DNA of 64,000 bases from an uncultured Gemmatimonadales bacterium (GCA_963779755.1 CAVZZO010000001.1:320001-384000), one strand, 5' to 3'. Shown: positions 21,992-33,280, counted from the first letter of the stretch. Made by a program: numbers and translations. Notes: generated from the sequence alone by a model not told the origin.

Positions 21992-23304
21992 ACAAACTCT
22001 GGGCCATCATCCGGCGGGAATTCCTTGCACGGGTGCAGAGTCGGGCGTTTGTCATCAGCACGGTCCTCGGCCCGGTGATCATGGGCGTCTTCTTCATCCT
22101 GCCGGTGGTGCTGACCAACCGGAATACCGGGGCGAAGCATATCGCGGTGGTGGATGCCAGCGCCCAGGGGGTGGGGGGGCGGGTTGCCGAGGCCTTGGGG
22201 GCGGAACGGCGGGGCAGCGATTCCGCCGGCGCGTTACGCTATTCGGTCGTGCGGGTGGATGCCCGGGGACGGCTGGAGCAGGTGCGCGATTCCCTGGTCG
22301 CGCTCACCGGCCTGCCCCGGAAGCAGGAGCGGGCAGGGCTGAACGGCATCCTGATCGTGACCGACTCCGGGCTGGCCAGCGGGCGACTGCTCTATCTGGG
22401 TGACAACGTCGGCAGTCCGCAGCAGATGCGCCAGCTGGAGCTGGCCCTCAATCCGGTGCTCCTGGCTGTCCGCCTGGAGCAGGCAGGGGTGGATCCGGCG
22501 GTCGTCCGCGAGGCGTCCGGGGGCGTGGATCTCGAAACCGCCAAGGTGGTGGACGGGAGGCTGACGGGAGTCAGCGGCGAGGCGTCCTTTGCCCTCGCCT
22601 ATGGGATGCTGTTCGTGCTCTACATAGCGCTCCTGCTCTACGGCATCCAGGTCATGAACTCCATCATCGAGGAGAAGAACACCCGGGTGGTGGAGGTGCT
22701 GGTGTCGAGCGTGACCCCACTGCAGCTGATGCTGGGTAAGGTGATCGGGGTTGGCTCGGCCGGGCTGCTGCAACTGGCGATCTGGGTCGGCTCGGCCATG
22801 TACATCACCGCCAATCTTGCGGCGATCACCCGGGGGTTTGGCGCCAGTCCGGCAACCGCCGGGTCGATGTCCGTCCCGGTCATCACCCCGGAGCTCCTGA
22901 TCGTCTTTCTGCTCTTCTTCGTGCTCGGCTTCTTCCTGTATTCCGCCGCCTACGCGGCGGTCGGCGCCATGTGCAACTCCACTCAGGAGGCGCAGCAGTC
23001 CTCCGTCATCGTGACCATGTTCGTGGCGGTGGGATTCCTGCTGGTGATCTCGATGCTGGGAGAACCCGACAGCGTCCTGGCGCAGGGCCTGAGCTTCGTG
23101 CCCTTCTTCGCTCCACTGCTGGTGCCGGTGCGCTACTCGATCGCGCCTATCCCTCTGGGGCAGCTGCTCGGCTCTGTCGGCTCGACCATCCTGGGGGTGC
23201 TGGCGGTGGCCTGGGTCGCCTCCCGGATCTACCGGGTGGGCATCCTGAGTTACGGCAAGCGTCCCGGCCTCAGGACGCTGGCACGCTGGATCCGGACGGG
23301 ATGA
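21988..23304 (+). CDS. ABC-2 type exporter permease (NatB/YhaP-like)
   Basis: ATGA overlap; IEEKNTRVVEVL, GKVIG, IYRVGILSYGKRP; large periplasmic loop. Confidence 0.93.
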   Translation: MNKLWAIIRREFLARVQSRAFVISTVLGPVIMGVFFILPVVLTNRNTGAKHIAVVDASAQGVGGRVAEALGAERRGSDSAGALRYSVVRVDARGRLEQVRDSLVALTGLPRKQERAGLNGILIVTDSGLASGRLLYLGDNVGSPQQMRQLELALNPVLLAVRLEQAGVDPAVVREASGGVDLETAKVVDGRLTGVSGEASFALAYGMLFVLYIALLLYGIQVMNSIIEEKNTRVVEVLVSSVTPLQLMLGKVIGVGSAGLLQLAIWVGSAMYITANLAAITRGFGASPATAGSMSVPVITPELLIVFLLFFVLGFFLYSAAYAAVGAMCNSTQEAQQSSVIVTMFVAVGFLLVISMLGEPDSVLAQGLSFVPFFAPLLVPVRYSIAPIPLGQLLGSVGSTILGVLAVAWVASRIYRVGILSYGKRPGLRTLARWIRTG

Positions 23305-23317
23305 GACGAGCTCCCGG

Positions 23318-23926
23318 TCAGGGCGCCGCGGTATCCGGAGGGGATGCGGGCATTTCCGATTCCGCGGAAAACGCTGGGTGCCCGTTCGCATCCACCCCGA
23401 AGCCCGACTGGGTCTTGCCCAGCCTGTCGGCGAACACCAGCGTGGAGGACTCGTCCGGGGCGAGCCCCAGCACGGTGCGCGTACGGCCGTTGCGGTCGGC
23501 AAACGCCATCGTTGCCGTCTCGTCGGCCAGCAGGCCAAGCACGGCGCGGGAGTGGCCGGCGCTGTCGGCGAGCACCAGGCCGGTAGAGCCGTCGGCCATC
23601 AGGGCCACGCTGATCCGGTCGCGCCCTCTGATGTCCTTGAGCAGCAGGCGGGGCTCGCCCTCGCTGGTGAGGCCAAACATTCCGCGAATCGTGCCATGCG
23701 CGTCGCGCAGTACGAAATTCTGCGCGTCCACCGATTGCCGGATGGTTCCGGGGAACCCGGCCCGCGCGTAGACGACCACCAGCGCGGCCGCGATTCCGAG
23801 AACCGCCGTGGTGCCGATCAGGGCCAGCACACTGAGGCGTCGGGAGCGGCGGCTCTCGCTTTCCGCAGTGATCAGGCGCAAGAGTAGATCCTGCGGAATA
23901 TGCGAGCGCGAGGCCGTGTCCGTCAT
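23318..23926 (-). CDS. Membrane-anchored protein with five 23-aa beta repeats, last gene of the tad operon
   Basis: CAGGAGGAG RBS, ATGA overlap with upstream gene, single TM, repeats L.L.D..G..R..LGL..D. Confidence 0.75.
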   Translation of the reverse strand: MTDTASRSHIPQDLLLRLITAESESRRSRRLSVLALIGTTAVLGIAAALVVVYARAGFPGTIRQSVDAQNFVLRDAHGTIRGMFGLTSEGEPRLLLKDIRGRDRISVALMADGSTGLVLADSAGHSRAVLGLLADETATMAFADRNGRTRTVLGLAPDESSTLVFADRLGKTQSGFGVDANGHPAFSAESEMPASPPDTAAP

Positions 23927-24318
23927 GGGCTCCTCCTGAGATCCTGTTGGGCCGGGGCGGGAGTTACCGGCTGCCAGGCCAGGCGGTCTCCCGCCATCGT
24001 CCCGCTGCGGCAAATAGTTCCGTCAGGCACCTCCAGCGCCGAGCGGGCGGTGCGGTGCCATTTCGTGCGGGAGGCAGGACCCAGGCCTTCGTAGGTGGCG
24101 ACCACCGTGCCGGAAGAGTCCACGAACAGCACATCCAGCCTCGTCCGCAGTCCCAGCGTGTGCACCGCCTGGCAGGGGGTAATGAGCAATCCCCCGCCTT
24201 CCGGCAACGAGCCACGCCCGATCAAGCCCCGGAGTCGTGCCCACCATCGATCGGCCACACCGATGCGGCCTCCCAGACAGGTGGACCGGCTGACGTTGCG
24301 GACCTCCAGCCACTGCAT
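23923..24318 (-). CDS. DUF192-family protein
   Basis: VAD.WWARLRGLIGR, GLLITPCQAVHT, LDVLFVD, ALEVPDG. Confidence 0.85.
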   Translation of the reverse strand: MQWLEVRNVSRSTCLGGRIGVADRWWARLRGLIGRGSLPEGGGLLITPCQAVHTLGLRTRLDVLFVDSSGTVVATYEGLGPASRTKWHRTARSALEVPDGTICRSGTMAGDRLAWQPVTPAPAQQDLRRSP

Positions 24319-25244
24319 CAGAACGACTTGAGCGAGCTGACCAGAAGGAGGACCGCCGGACCGAGCACCACCACGAACATCGCCGGAAATTCAAAAAACA
24401 CGAGCGGAAAGACCAGCTTGACTGTGGTCTTGGCCCCGGCTTCCTCCGCCCGCTGCCGCCGTTTGGTACGCAGGGTGTCGGCATGTACCCGGAGGGCCTG
24501 GGCGATAGAGGTGCCGAAGCGGTCGGTCTGGATCAGCATGGTGACCAGGGAGGTAACCTCCGTCACGCCGGTGCGATCCGCCAGGTGCCGCAGGGCATCT
24601 TCCCGGGGAGTGCCCGCCCGGATCTCGAGATTCACCAGCATGAGCTGCTGGCTGGTCACCGGGCTCAGCGCGCCGATCTCCTCCGCCACCCGAAGCATCG
24701 CCTGGTTCAATCCGAGCCCGGCCTCAACGCACACGACCAGCAGATCAAAGACGTCCGGCAGTGCACGCTCGATTTCCCGCTGCCGGCTGCGTACCCGCTG
24801 GCGCAGCAGGAACACCGGCGCCACCCAACCCATGGCCACGAGCCACAACATGATTCCCAGGAGCTGGAACATGCTGCCACGGAGCGGAAGCGCCACCAGG
24901 CCCAGGAGCCCCAGGCCGAGGACCAGACCGACCCGGATTCCCCAGTAGATCGCAGGTGCGTTCGGCCCGTGATAACCGGCCTGCAGCAACAGCCGGCGCA
25001 CCGCCGGCAGGTCGGCCCGTCGCTCGCTCAGTCGTTCGCCGAGCGCCAGCAGGAGGTTATTGATCCGCTCGGCCTGCTTGCGCCGCTCGCGCCGCCGCCG
25101 CACTTCCAGGGGCAGATCCGCCTCCTCCCGGAACTGGTCCAGCCGCTGGGCCAACTCGTTGGGGGGAGCGGCGAGCGTCTGGGACAGGAAGAGCACCAGA
25201 GAGAAGGCCGAAATGGCGATGCAGAAGATCGCGACATAGAGCAT
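24318..25244 (-). CDS. tadC: Tad pilus platform protein TadC
   Basis: LPDVFDLLVVCVEAGLGL, QTDRFGTSIAQALR, KLVFPLV. Confidence 0.93.
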   Translation of the reverse strand: MLYVAIFCIAISAFSLVLFLSQTLAAPPNELAQRLDQFREEADLPLEVRRRRERRKQAERINNLLLALGERLSERRADLPAVRRLLLQAGYHGPNAPAIYWGIRVGLVLGLGLLGLVALPLRGSMFQLLGIMLWLVAMGWVAPVFLLRQRVRSRQREIERALPDVFDLLVVCVEAGLGLNQAMLRVAEEIGALSPVTSQQLMLVNLEIRAGTPREDALRHLADRTGVTEVTSLVTMLIQTDRFGTSIAQALRVHADTLRTKRRQRAEEAGAKTTVKLVFPLVFFEFPAMFVVVLGPAVLLLVSSLKSF

Positions 25245-25249
25245 GGGCG

Positions 25250-26227
25250 CTACACCTCGATCGAAATGATCCGGCGGATCCAGAGAAATCCGCAGATCTG
25301 CATGATGACCGCCGAGGTCAGCATGAGCCGGCCCATCGGCTCGGTGAAGAGCAGCCGGATGTAGGTCGGATCCAGCAGGTAGATCACCCCGCCCACCACC
25401 GGCGGTAGCACGGCAAGGATGTACCCGCTCATCCTGCCCTGGGCGGTATACACCCGCAACTGGCGGCGGAGGGTGAAGCGCGATCGGATGGTAGCGGCGA
25501 TATTGTCCAGCGTCTCGGCCAGGTTCCCGCCGACCTCGTGCTGGACCAGCATGGCGGTGGTGAGAATCCGGACGTCCACCGTGGGAACGCGGTCCACGAG
25601 GGAGAGGAGGGTGTCTTCAAAGGGAATGCCGAACCGTTGCTCCTCGGCTACCCGGCGGAATTGACCCGCGACCGGCTCCGGGGATTCATCGCCCACCATT
25701 CGCAGGCCCATGGAGAGCGGATGACCCGCCCGGACGGCGCGCGTCAGCAGGTCGATCGCTTCGGGCAGCTGCTCCTCGACGGCGGCGAGGCGGCGGGCCC
25801 GCCTCCGAAACGCGATCATGGTCGGGATGAGCCCGACGATCAGCCCGATGAGAAGGGCAACCGTCGTGGCCTGTGAGACCAGCGCTGCGGCCAGCGCGGC
25901 GCCCACGCCCAGGCCAAGAGACAAGCCGAGGAACCCCCCGAGCTCCAGCGGGAGTTCTGCCTGCTTCAACAGAGCCGCGAGGTCGGACGCCCGGGGCAGC
26001 CGGCTGAGCAGGATGTCCAGCCGGGAATAGCGCTTGCTCGGCCGGAGGATGGACGTGCCCGGATCGCCGGTTCCCAGCGGGTCGGCGAGGGTGCGAAAGC
26101 TCCGCCGGATGTCCCGCTCTCGCCGGTATTCCCCCCACCACTGGATCAGGAGGACCGCCGCCACCGCTCCCAGGGTGACGGTCAGGAACATCGCGGCGGA
26201 CGACCGCCAGACCTGATTGCCGATCAT
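25250..26227 (-). CDS. tadB: Tad pilus platform protein TadB
   Basis: [32 protein letters not shown]. Confidence 0.93.
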   Translation of the reverse strand: MIGNQVWRSSAAMFLTVTLGAVAAVLLIQWWGEYRRERDIRRSFRTLADPLGTGDPGTSILRPSKRYSRLDILLSRLPRASDLAALLKQAELPLELGGFLGLSLGLGVGAALAAALVSQATTVALLIGLIVGLIPTMIAFRRRARRLAAVEEQLPEAIDLLTRAVRAGHPLSMGLRMVGDESPEPVAGQFRRVAEEQRFGIPFEDTLLSLVDRVPTVDVRILTTAMLVQHEVGGNLAETLDNIAATIRSRFTLRRQLRVYTAQGRMSGYILAVLPPVVGGVIYLLDPTYIRLLFTEPMGRLMLTSAVIMQICGFLWIRRIISIEV

Positions 26228-27609
26228 CGCTCGCTGCGGGCCGCGTTGTCGAACAGGAGGGCGGGCAGGTCGATACCGTGGGCCAGGAGGCGCTCGGCGA
26301 AGCGGGGACGAACACCCGTCGCCGCGAAGCGGCCCTGTATGGTGCCGTCCTTGGCCACGCCGGTGCGCTCGAAGCGGAAGATATCCTGCATGGTGACCAC
26401 GTCGCCTTCCATGCCCACTAGCTCGGCCAGGGTGATGACCTTCCGCGTGCCGTCCGGCAGGCGGGTCAACTGAATCACCACCTGGATGGCGCTGGCGATT
26501 TGCTGGCGTACGGCGCGATCGGGCAGGTTCAGGTTGGCCATGGAAACCATGGTCTCGAGGCGGCTGAGCGCCTCCCGGGTGCCGTTGGCGTGCAAGGTGG
26601 TGAGGGAGCCGTCGTGCCCCGTGTTCATTGCCTGCAGCATGTCGATGGCCTCGGACCCGCGTACCTCGCCCACGATGATGCGATCGGGCCGCATGCGGAG
26701 CGCGTTGATCACCAGCATTCGTTGGGTCACCTCTCCATGGGCTTCGATGTTGGGCGGCCGCGTTTCCAGGCGAACGACATGAGGCTGCTGCAACTGCAGT
26801 TCGGCCGAATCTTCGACGGTGATGATGCGCTCGGTCACCGGAATGAACGAGGACAGCACATTGAGCAGGGTGGTCTTCCCGCTGCCGGTCCCACCGGAAA
26901 TCAGTACGTTGAGCCTCGCCTTGACGATGCTGCGCAGCAGGGTCAGCATGTTGGGAGTGAGGCTGTTGTTGCGAACGAGATCCTCGCCGCTCAGGGTGTC
27001 GCGCTTGAACCGGCGAATCGACACATGCGGTCCGTCGACGGCCAGCGGCCGGATGATGGCGTTGACGCGGGAACCGTCGGGGAGTCGCGCATCCACCATG
27101 GGCGAGGAATCGTCGATCCGGCGCCCCACGGCCGATACGATGCGATCGATCACCCTGAGCAGATGCCGATCGTCCTGGAAGCGGACGTCGGTCGGCTCCA
27201 GCATGCCCCGGCGCTCCACATACACCTGCCGGTGGGTGTTGACCAGGATATCGGAAACTTCCGGGTCCTGGAGCAGCGGCTCGATCGGTCCATACCCGAA
27301 GATTTCGTCCAGCACCTGGCTGACCAGCAGCTCGCGCTCGTCGAAGTTCAGGGGCACGGTTTCGGAGAGCAGAAGCTCCTGCACCACGCGCTGGATGACC
27401 TCGCCGGCTTCGGGGCGCTGCATCTTTTCCAGATTCGACAGATTCAGGCGTTCCAGCAGCCGCCGGTGGATCCGGGCCTTGAGGTCGAGCATGGCGGAAG
27501 GATCGGCATGCTTCCCGGGCTCGCCGTGTTCGGCGGTTTCCCAGGGGAGCTGCGGGGCTTCCCGCTCCGCGCCGGCGCCGTCGGGCGAGGGATTAGTCGG
27601 CATTGCCAC
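26224..27609 (-). CDS. cpaF: Tad pilus ATPase CpaF/TadA
   Basis: [46 protein letters not shown]. Confidence 0.97.
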   Translation of the reverse strand: MAMPTNPSPDGAGAEREAPQLPWETAEHGEPGKHADPSAMLDLKARIHRRLLERLNLSNLEKMQRPEAGEVIQRVVQELLLSETVPLNFDERELLVSQVLDEIFGYGPIEPLLQDPEVSDILVNTHRQVYVERRGMLEPTDVRFQDDRHLLRVIDRIVSAVGRRIDDSSPMVDARLPDGSRVNAIIRPLAVDGPHVSIRRFKRDTLSGEDLVRNNSLTPNMLTLLRSIVKARLNVLISGGTGSGKTTLLNVLSSFIPVTERIITVEDSAELQLQQPHVVRLETRPPNIEAHGEVTQRMLVINALRMRPDRIIVGEVRGSEAIDMLQAMNTGHDGSLTTLHANGTREALSRLETMVSMANLNLPDRAVRQQIASAIQVVIQLTRLPDGTRKVITLAELVGMEGDVVTMQDIFRFERTGVAKDGTIQGRFAATGVRPRFAERLLAHGIDLPALLFDNAARSER

Positions 27610-28837
27610 GAGTGGTGTCCTTCCGTCGCATGAGCGACCCGAGTCGATGGACCAGGCTGGGGCGGTCCTGCCGCCGCTTGACCCCGTCCTGGGCGGGGGA
27701 GTCCAGCACGGCCGCCGTCATCTCCCGGAGATCGCGGCTATAGCGTGAGCTCCCGTTGAGCACCACCGGCTTGCCGGTATTCAACGCATGTGCCACCGGC
27801 TGGTATTCGTTGGCCAGACGCCAGAACACCGTGGTGCCGACGGATCGTTCGATTTCGGCAACGGAAATCGGGTCCTGTTGCGACTGCCGATTCACGACCA
27901 GGCGGAATTGTTCATCCCAGTTCCGCATACGCTGCCGGAGCAGGGGCAGAAACCGCTGGACATTCCGCAGCGAGGGCAGATCGACGGTGGTCATCATGAA
28001 CAACTGGTCGGCAGACTCGAAGACCGCCAGGGCGGTCGGCGAGAACGCGGTGACATCGACCACGATCTGTTCGTAATGGTCGCGAAGAAAGAGGAGGAGC
28101 CGTCGAACCTGATCCGGTGTGACCGTCAGCGCCTTTTCGGGGTGAAAGGGGGCCGACAGGAGGTGCACCCCGGAGGAGTGGTGCTCGACGTAGGACTCGA
28201 GCAGCTCGCCGTCGAGGCGGTGAAAGTTCTGCACCACATCGAGGAAGGTGTATCGGGGCCGGAGGCCCAGGGCCAGCGCCGCCTCTCCCAGATGGGGGTC
28301 CAGATCCAGCAGCAGGGTGCTGCGGGAGGTGATCTGGTAGGCCAGAATGGCGAAATTCACGGCCGTCGTCGTGACGCCGGTACCGCCTTTGGCTCCGAAG
28401 AAGGCAAAGGAGCGCCCGGGCTGCTGCTGCAGGTCAGCCCCATGGCCGAGCTTCTGGTACACCCGCTCCAGCGTCGCTCGCACCGTCTCCACGTCATGGG
28501 GCGGGGTCAAATACTCGGAAATACCGACCCGCATCGCCTGAAGCAGGAACTCCGGAGCGGGCGCCGGGCCGAATCCGAGGAGCCGGACCTTCGGAGCCGA
28601 CTCGACCAGTGTCGCCGCCAGATGCAAGCCCAGGTCGCTTTCCCGGCTCAGATCGAGCAGCACAAGGTCCGGGGCAAGCTTGCGCAGCTCCCGGACGTTC
28701 GCGTCGCTCAATCGGGAATAGGGAGCTTCGATCTCCATCTCGACGCGCACGATGTTCCCGGCGGCATGGCGCACGGTTTCGCGCAGGGCCGGGTCGCTCG
28801 AGAGGATCGCGGCGCGGAGGGGCTGGGGAGCGGGCAT
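27593..28837 (-). CDS. cpaE: CpaE/TadZ (receiver-like plus MinD-like ATPase)
   Basis: Atypical receiver domain followed by KGGTGVTT and LLDLD. Confidence 0.9.
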   Translation of the reverse strand: MPAPQPLRAAILSSDPALRETVRHAAGNIVRVEMEIEAPYSRLSDANVRELRKLAPDLVLLDLSRESDLGLHLAATLVESAPKVRLLGFGPAPAPEFLLQAMRVGISEYLTPPHDVETVRATLERVYQKLGHGADLQQQPGRSFAFFGAKGGTGVTTTAVNFAILAYQITSRSTLLLDLDPHLGEAALALGLRPRYTFLDVVQNFHRLDGELLESYVEHHSSGVHLLSAPFHPEKALTVTPDQVRRLLLFLRDHYEQIVVDVTAFSPTALAVFESADQLFMMTTVDLPSLRNVQRFLPLLRQRMRNWDEQFRLVVNRQSQQDPISVAEIERSVGTTVFWRLANEYQPVAHALNTGKPVVLNGSSRYSRDLREMTAAVLDSPAQDGVKRRQDRPSLVHRLGSLMRRKDTTRGNAD

Positions 28838-28854
28838 GGGCGAGTTCGTTTCCC

Positions 28855-30027
28855 TCAGCGGATGAGCCGGGGAACCTTGGCGAGGGTCGCGCTGGTGCTG
28901 CCGGAGCTCCCCGGCAGGCCAGTGGCGAAGTACATGAACCGCCCCACTACAGGCGATCCCTGCCCGGGCTGAACCCCCTCGAGAAAGAAGAGGGCAAAAT
29001 TGTTGAAGCGTATCTGCAGGTTGCCGCCGCCCTGAATGCCGGCGATCTGGCTCGGATCGAAGAGCCCGATGGTGAGCACCCGGGGGCTGTTGGCCCCTGA
29101 GCCATAGGCCGAGTTGATCACCTGGCTGGTGCTGGCGTCCCAGGTGGCCCCGGGGTCCAGCGCGATCAGATCTCTGACCGCCTGCTGCGTGGGGCCCACC
29201 ATGTTGCCGTTCTCGATGTCGTAGGGGACGTTCAGCTGGATCTGGGCCGGATTGCAGGTACCGAAATTGTTCCTGTAGTCCGCGGCGCCGTTACTGGTGC
29301 CGATGCGCCAGGGGTAGAAGAATCCGCTGGTCAGCGACTGGCTCGGATCCTGAGCCTTCATGATGATCGGGCGTCCCACGTCATCGCTGTACCCGGTCCC
29401 GTTGCGGAACGAGCTGCCGTATCCGGTGGCTGTGGTGCTTCCCGGAGCATAGCGGGCGTAGACATCTCCCTGGCCGGGTTCGTAGGCCCATCCCTCGGTC
29501 GCATCCCAGACCCGGTCGGAATTCGCGTCCTGCCCCCCGGGGCCGGTGCTCGATTCGTACCAGATATCGGGCACCGCCAGCGGCGCCAGGCAGGTTCCGA
29601 TGCCCGCCGGCCCGGCCTCGGCTGTGGCGCTGGCCCCGATGGCCACCGACCGGATGCCGAAGATGCGGGCGAACCAGGTGGCCACGGAGGCGCGGTTGAC
29701 GACGACCTGCACGGTGTCCTGCCAGACCGTCACCGTTACCTCGGTACTCGAGTCGATTGCGGTGCCCCGCATGGTGTTGCGGGCGGCGTACTCCATGGCG
29801 CGGTCGTGGGCGGCGACGAACGGGTTGGAGGGAGGAAGCACGTTGATGAACGCGGAAACGCCCGCCAGGGCCGCCGCATCGGCCGCGCGCTGGGCCTCTC
29901 CGCGCGTGTCGTACAGCATGCCCAGATCGATGGCCAGGGCAAGCATGGCAATCAGCATGGCGGAGAGAACGGCCATGAGCACCATGGTCGCACCGCGCTC
30001 ATTCCTCCAGGCTGCAGGATCAGTCAT
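28855..30027 (-). CDS. TadG-like pseudopilin/tip protein
   Basis: RNERG|ATMV prepilin-type site, LAIDLG, AQRAADAAALAG; TGGAGG RBS. Confidence 0.85.
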   Translation of the reverse strand: MTDPAAWRNERGATMVLMAVLSAMLIAMLALAIDLGMLYDTRGEAQRAADAAALAGVSAFINVLPPSNPFVAAHDRAMEYAARNTMRGTAIDSSTEVTVTVWQDTVQVVVNRASVATWFARIFGIRSVAIGASATAEAGPAGIGTCLAPLAVPDIWYESSTGPGGQDANSDRVWDATEGWAYEPGQGDVYARYAPGSTTATGYGSSFRNGTGYSDDVGRPIIMKAQDPSQSLTSGFFYPWRIGTSNGAADYRNNFGTCNPAQIQLNVPYDIENGNMVGPTQQAVRDLIALDPGATWDASTSQVINSAYGSGANSPRVLTIGLFDPSQIAGIQGGGNLQIRFNNFALFFLEGVQPGQGSPVVGRFMYFATGLPGSSGSTSATLAKVPRLIR

Positions 30028-30055
30028 TCGTCCTCCATGCCCCGGTCGCGGCCGG

Positions 30056-31372
30056 TCAGGGCTTGCCGCCCGGCGTTCCTTCCGCCGGCTGCTTGAGTGA
30101 TCCAACCCATTTCCAGTGGTCCGTCTCGCCCGTGGGGAGCGCGGGCATCGCATCCATGGGCTGTACCAGCCGCGGAGTGACAATGACCACGAGCTCGGAG
30201 CGGTTCTGGCGGATATCGCGAGACTTGAAGAGCTCTCCCAGAATCGGGAGATCGCCCAGGATGGGAATCTTGGTGACGTTCTTCAAAGTCGAATTGTCCA
30301 GCAGACCCGCGATCGCCAGATGCTGGCCGGGCATGAGCTCGATATCGGTCTCTGCACGCCGCGTGAGCAGGCTGGGGATGGTAAAGCCGCTGATCACCAG
30401 CGCGTTCGCGAAATCGAGCGAGGACACTTCGGGCGCCAGGTGCAGCCGGATCGCTCCGCCGCGGACCAGGTTGGGCGTGAAGCGGAGCCGGACCCCGAAC
30501 TCCTTGAAGACAATGATGACGGCATTGTTGTTGGTGCCGCCCTGGACACTGGGATAGGGAAACTCACCGCCGGCCAGGAAGTACGCCTCTTTGCCGGGGA
30601 GCGTGAGCAGGTTCGGCTCGGCCAGGGTGCGCAGCTCTCCCTTGCTGGAGAGGGCCCGGAACAGAGCGTGGAGCGAATCGCCGCCGCTCAGGAGCGACAG
30701 CGTGAGCTGCCCGTCGGAGAGGCTCTCGCCGAACCAGTCGCCTTTATCGTTGAGGAGATGCGGGTTCAGCGTGGCAATCTGGGTGGACAACCGGCGCATG
30801 GCGGAACGGTTGATCTCCGCGATCCGGACCTCGAGCAGGATCTGGACCGACGGCGGGGCGCTCAGGTTGTCGACGATGGTTGCGCCCGTTGCCTTGGCAA
30901 TGTCGACCGCCTGAGCGGCGGCTTCGGCATTGGTGAGGCGGCCGCTCAGCGTCACGGAGTTGCCGCTCGCGCTGACGGAGATGCTTTCGCCCGGCATCTG
31001 GGTCCGGAGCGTTCGCTCGAGCGCCGCGGCGTCGGGCGTGACCTCGACGGCGTAGAGCCGGGGGTTTCCCGCCTGGTCCCAGAGGAGCAGGCTGGTGGAG
31101 CCCAGGGTCTTCCCGTTCACCACCAGCTCGGTGGGTGATACGATGACCGCTTCGGCCACGTTTGGATTGCCCACCGAAAAGCGCTGCAGCGGCGAGCCGT
31201 TAACCAGCAGCAGCGACCCGCCGGCCGAGACGGAGAGCGTGCGCTGCGGCTGGTCGATCACCTGCTGCGCACCGAGCGGCAACGGGCGCCATCCGGCCAG
31301 CAACAGGAGCGCACATGGGACGGCGAATATCCAGTTCTTCCGGCGTCGGTGTCGCTCTGGAGAGAAGATCAT
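30056..31372 (-). CDS. cpaC: Tad secretin CpaC/RcpA
   Basis: LAEPNL, FLAGGEFP, KEFGVRL, PEVSSLD, IPILGDLPILGELF; start after AAGGAG. Confidence 0.93.
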   Translation of the reverse strand: MIFSPERHRRRKNWIFAVPCALLLLAGWRPLPLGAQQVIDQPQRTLSVSAGGSLLLVNGSPLQRFSVGNPNVAEAVIVSPTELVVNGKTLGSTSLLLWDQAGNPRLYAVEVTPDAAALERTLRTQMPGESISVSASGNSVTLSGRLTNAEAAAQAVDIAKATGATIVDNLSAPPSVQILLEVRIAEINRSAMRRLSTQIATLNPHLLNDKGDWFGESLSDGQLTLSLLSGGDSLHALFRALSSKGELRTLAEPNLLTLPGKEAYFLAGGEFPYPSVQGGTNNNAVIIVFKEFGVRLRFTPNLVRGGAIRLHLAPEVSSLDFANALVISGFTIPSLLTRRAETDIELMPGQHLAIAGLLDNSTLKNVTKIPILGDLPILGELFKSRDIRQNRSELVVIVTPRLVQPMDAMPALPTGETDHWKWVGSLKQPAEGTPGGKP

Positions 31373-31388
31373 GAGATGGACCGGCTCC

Positions 31389-32249
31389 TTATTCCGGTGT
31401 CGGCCGGCCCGCGCCGAATCGTGTGATGGTACGCTGGCCTCCCATGAAGCCTTCGACCACGGTCGCCCGGGCTTCGGGCGTCGGTGTCGGGACCATCCGG
31501 ACGCGTCGCGGCCCACTGGGCCGGGGTGTCGGCCGGGCGCCCAGGAGCGCCGCGAGGGTTGCGCCGGACGTCGCGACCTGGACGGTGTCGAGGGCAGGGC
31601 GCAGAGCCATCTGAATCCGGCCTTCATTGGATGCGAGGGCGAGCATCTCCGCATCGGCCGGCGTGGCGAGCAAGGTGATGACGGTGACGGTCTTGGGCTT
31701 CTCGTCCGTGCCCCGCTCGACCGACTGGCCGGCGGCCAGGACCACCATGTTCTGCAGAATGACCCGGGTGGAGACGTTCCGTTCGCCACCGCCGCCGGAC
31801 AGGGTCACCATGACATCGACCCGGGTGCCGGGCAGGACGAACCCCGCGACCCCGACGATTTCATCGACCCGGACGCTCACCGCGCGCATGCCTACGGGTA
31901 TGGCCACCGGCAGTCCGCCCCCGGCTCCCTGCCCCGCCAGCTTGGACGCCAGCAGCGGCTCATTGGTCTGCACCGGGGCGATGACCCCATGGCCGACCGC
32001 CTGGTCGCTTGCCGTGAGGTATCCCTCCGGGATGGCCTGCGAGGGCCACTCGACCATCCGGACGTCGTTCTTGCCCACGACCGTCCCGACCGGGAGCGGA
32101 TGGGTTGCAACCACCACCCGGCCCGGGTCCGCGGTGGTATGGAGCTGATCCAGCGCCCGGGGCCGGAGGTACTGCAGCGCAATGAATGCCGCGGCCGTAC
32201 CTGAGGCCAGCGCCAGCAGCAACAGAAGCCAGGGTCGAAATCCTTTCAT
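31389..32249 (-). CDS. cpaB: Flp pilus assembly protein CpaB
   Basis: SAF domain, GMRAVSVRV, GVAGFVLPGTRVDV, MALR. Confidence 0.95.
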   Translation of the reverse strand: MKGFRPWLLLLLALASGTAAAFIALQYLRPRALDQLHTTADPGRVVVATHPLPVGTVVGKNDVRMVEWPSQAIPEGYLTASDQAVGHGVIAPVQTNEPLLASKLAGQGAGGGLPVAIPVGMRAVSVRVDEIVGVAGFVLPGTRVDVMVTLSGGGGERNVSTRVILQNMVVLAAGQSVERGTDEKPKTVTVITLLATPADAEMLALASNEGRIQMALRPALDTVQVATSGATLAALLGARPTPRPSGPRRVRMVPTPTPEARATVVEGFMGGQRTITRFGAGRPTPE

Positions 32250-32264
32250 GCGTTCCCTCGACTC

Positions 32265-32681
32265 TCACTCATTGCGCATAATGCTCAGGGAGGTCAGCGT
32301 GATTGACCGCTGCCCCGTGGTCCACCCGATGACCGGCCCCAGCAGAAGAAACTGATAGGGGTAATCAACTCGGACTGAGTCCGCTGTCCCCGCTCCGGCA
32401 CGCCACCCGCCGATGGTCACGATGGTCGAAGCGGCGTAGCCATTCAGGCCGCCATTCTTCAGGACGTTACGAACTGCCGAGTCTACCGTCGCCGGCGTTG
32501 CGGCAGGGTTGGCGACCGCTGCCGTGCGGGCGCCTTCGCGGGCCGCGTTGGTGACCACCTGATGGTTGCGCCAGGCGCGAGCCATCTCGATCAAGCCGAT
32601 CGACAGCAGCAGGATCACCGGTAGGATGATTGCCAGCTCTACGGCCGCCTGCCCTCGGTCGCGCCGTCTGTCTCGCTTCAC
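32265..32681 (-). CDS. tadE: TadE-like pseudopilin
   Basis: RG|QAAVELAIILP, AAREGAR, C-terminal MRNE; GTGA overlap with upstream gene. Confidence 0.9.
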   Translation of the reverse strand: MKRDRRRDRGQAAVELAIILPVILLLSIGLIEMARAWRNHQVVTNAAREGARTAAVANPAATPATVDSAVRNVLKNGGLNGYAASTIVTIGGWRAGAGTADSVRVDYPYQFLLLGPVIGWTTGQRSITLTSLSIMRNE

Positions 32682-33211
32682 GGCCAGGTACCTCCCAGGA
32701 ACCACCACAGCACGGCTCCCAACGCGATCGGCACTCCGTAGGGAAGGGTCAGCGCCCGGTCGAGCGAGATGTGCGGCTGCAACCGTCTTCGTTCGACCGT
32801 GGTGAACAGACGCCGGACATTGAGAAGCGCGGGCACGATCACCCCCCGCCGTCCGGCCTCGAACACCGCCATCAGGCCACCGAGCAGGGCGATGAGCAGC
32901 ATCGCACCCGGCAGCCGGCTCAACCCCAGAAATGCGCCCATCACCACCAGCAACTTGCCGTCTCCGGCTCCCCACACGCGCAGAGCGTAGAGCGAAAGTC
33001 CGACCGCCAGCGCGAGGCCCATTCCCTCGAGTCCTTCCAGCACTCCCCGCGTGCTCAGACCCAGGCGGAGAAGGAATGCGAGAAGTACGCCACTAACGAC
33101 AAGCGCATTCGGAATCCGCCGGCTCCGGATGTCCCACAGGGCGGCCGCACCGGCAACGGCGGTCAGCGCCCCACCCTGCAGCAGTACGATCGTCTCTCTG
33201 CTCACCGACAT
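32678..33211 (-). CDS. cpaA: Prepilin peptidase CpaA/TadV (A24 family)
   Basis: WDIRSRRIPN, GAGDGKL, PYGVPIALG. Confidence 0.92.
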   Translation of the reverse strand: MSVSRETIVLLQGGALTAVAGAAALWDIRSRRIPNALVVSGVLLAFLLRLGLSTRGVLEGLEGMGLALAVGLSLYALRVWGAGDGKLLVVMGAFLGLSRLPGAMLLIALLGGLMAVFEAGRRGVIVPALLNVRRLFTTVERRRLQPHISLDRALTLPYGVPIALGAVLWWFLGGTWP

Positions 33212-33233
33212 CGTTCGCCCGATTCCGGTCGGC

Positions 33234-33256
33234 AAAGGGCCGGGGTGGCCGGCCCT
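33234..33256 (-). terminator. Hairpin after flp (weak terminator or mRNA stabiliser)
   Basis: AGGGCCGG/CCGGCCCT 8-bp stem, short T tail on the minus strand. Confidence 0.5.
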
Positions 33257-33280
33257 CGTCCGACAGGATTCCGGATGACC

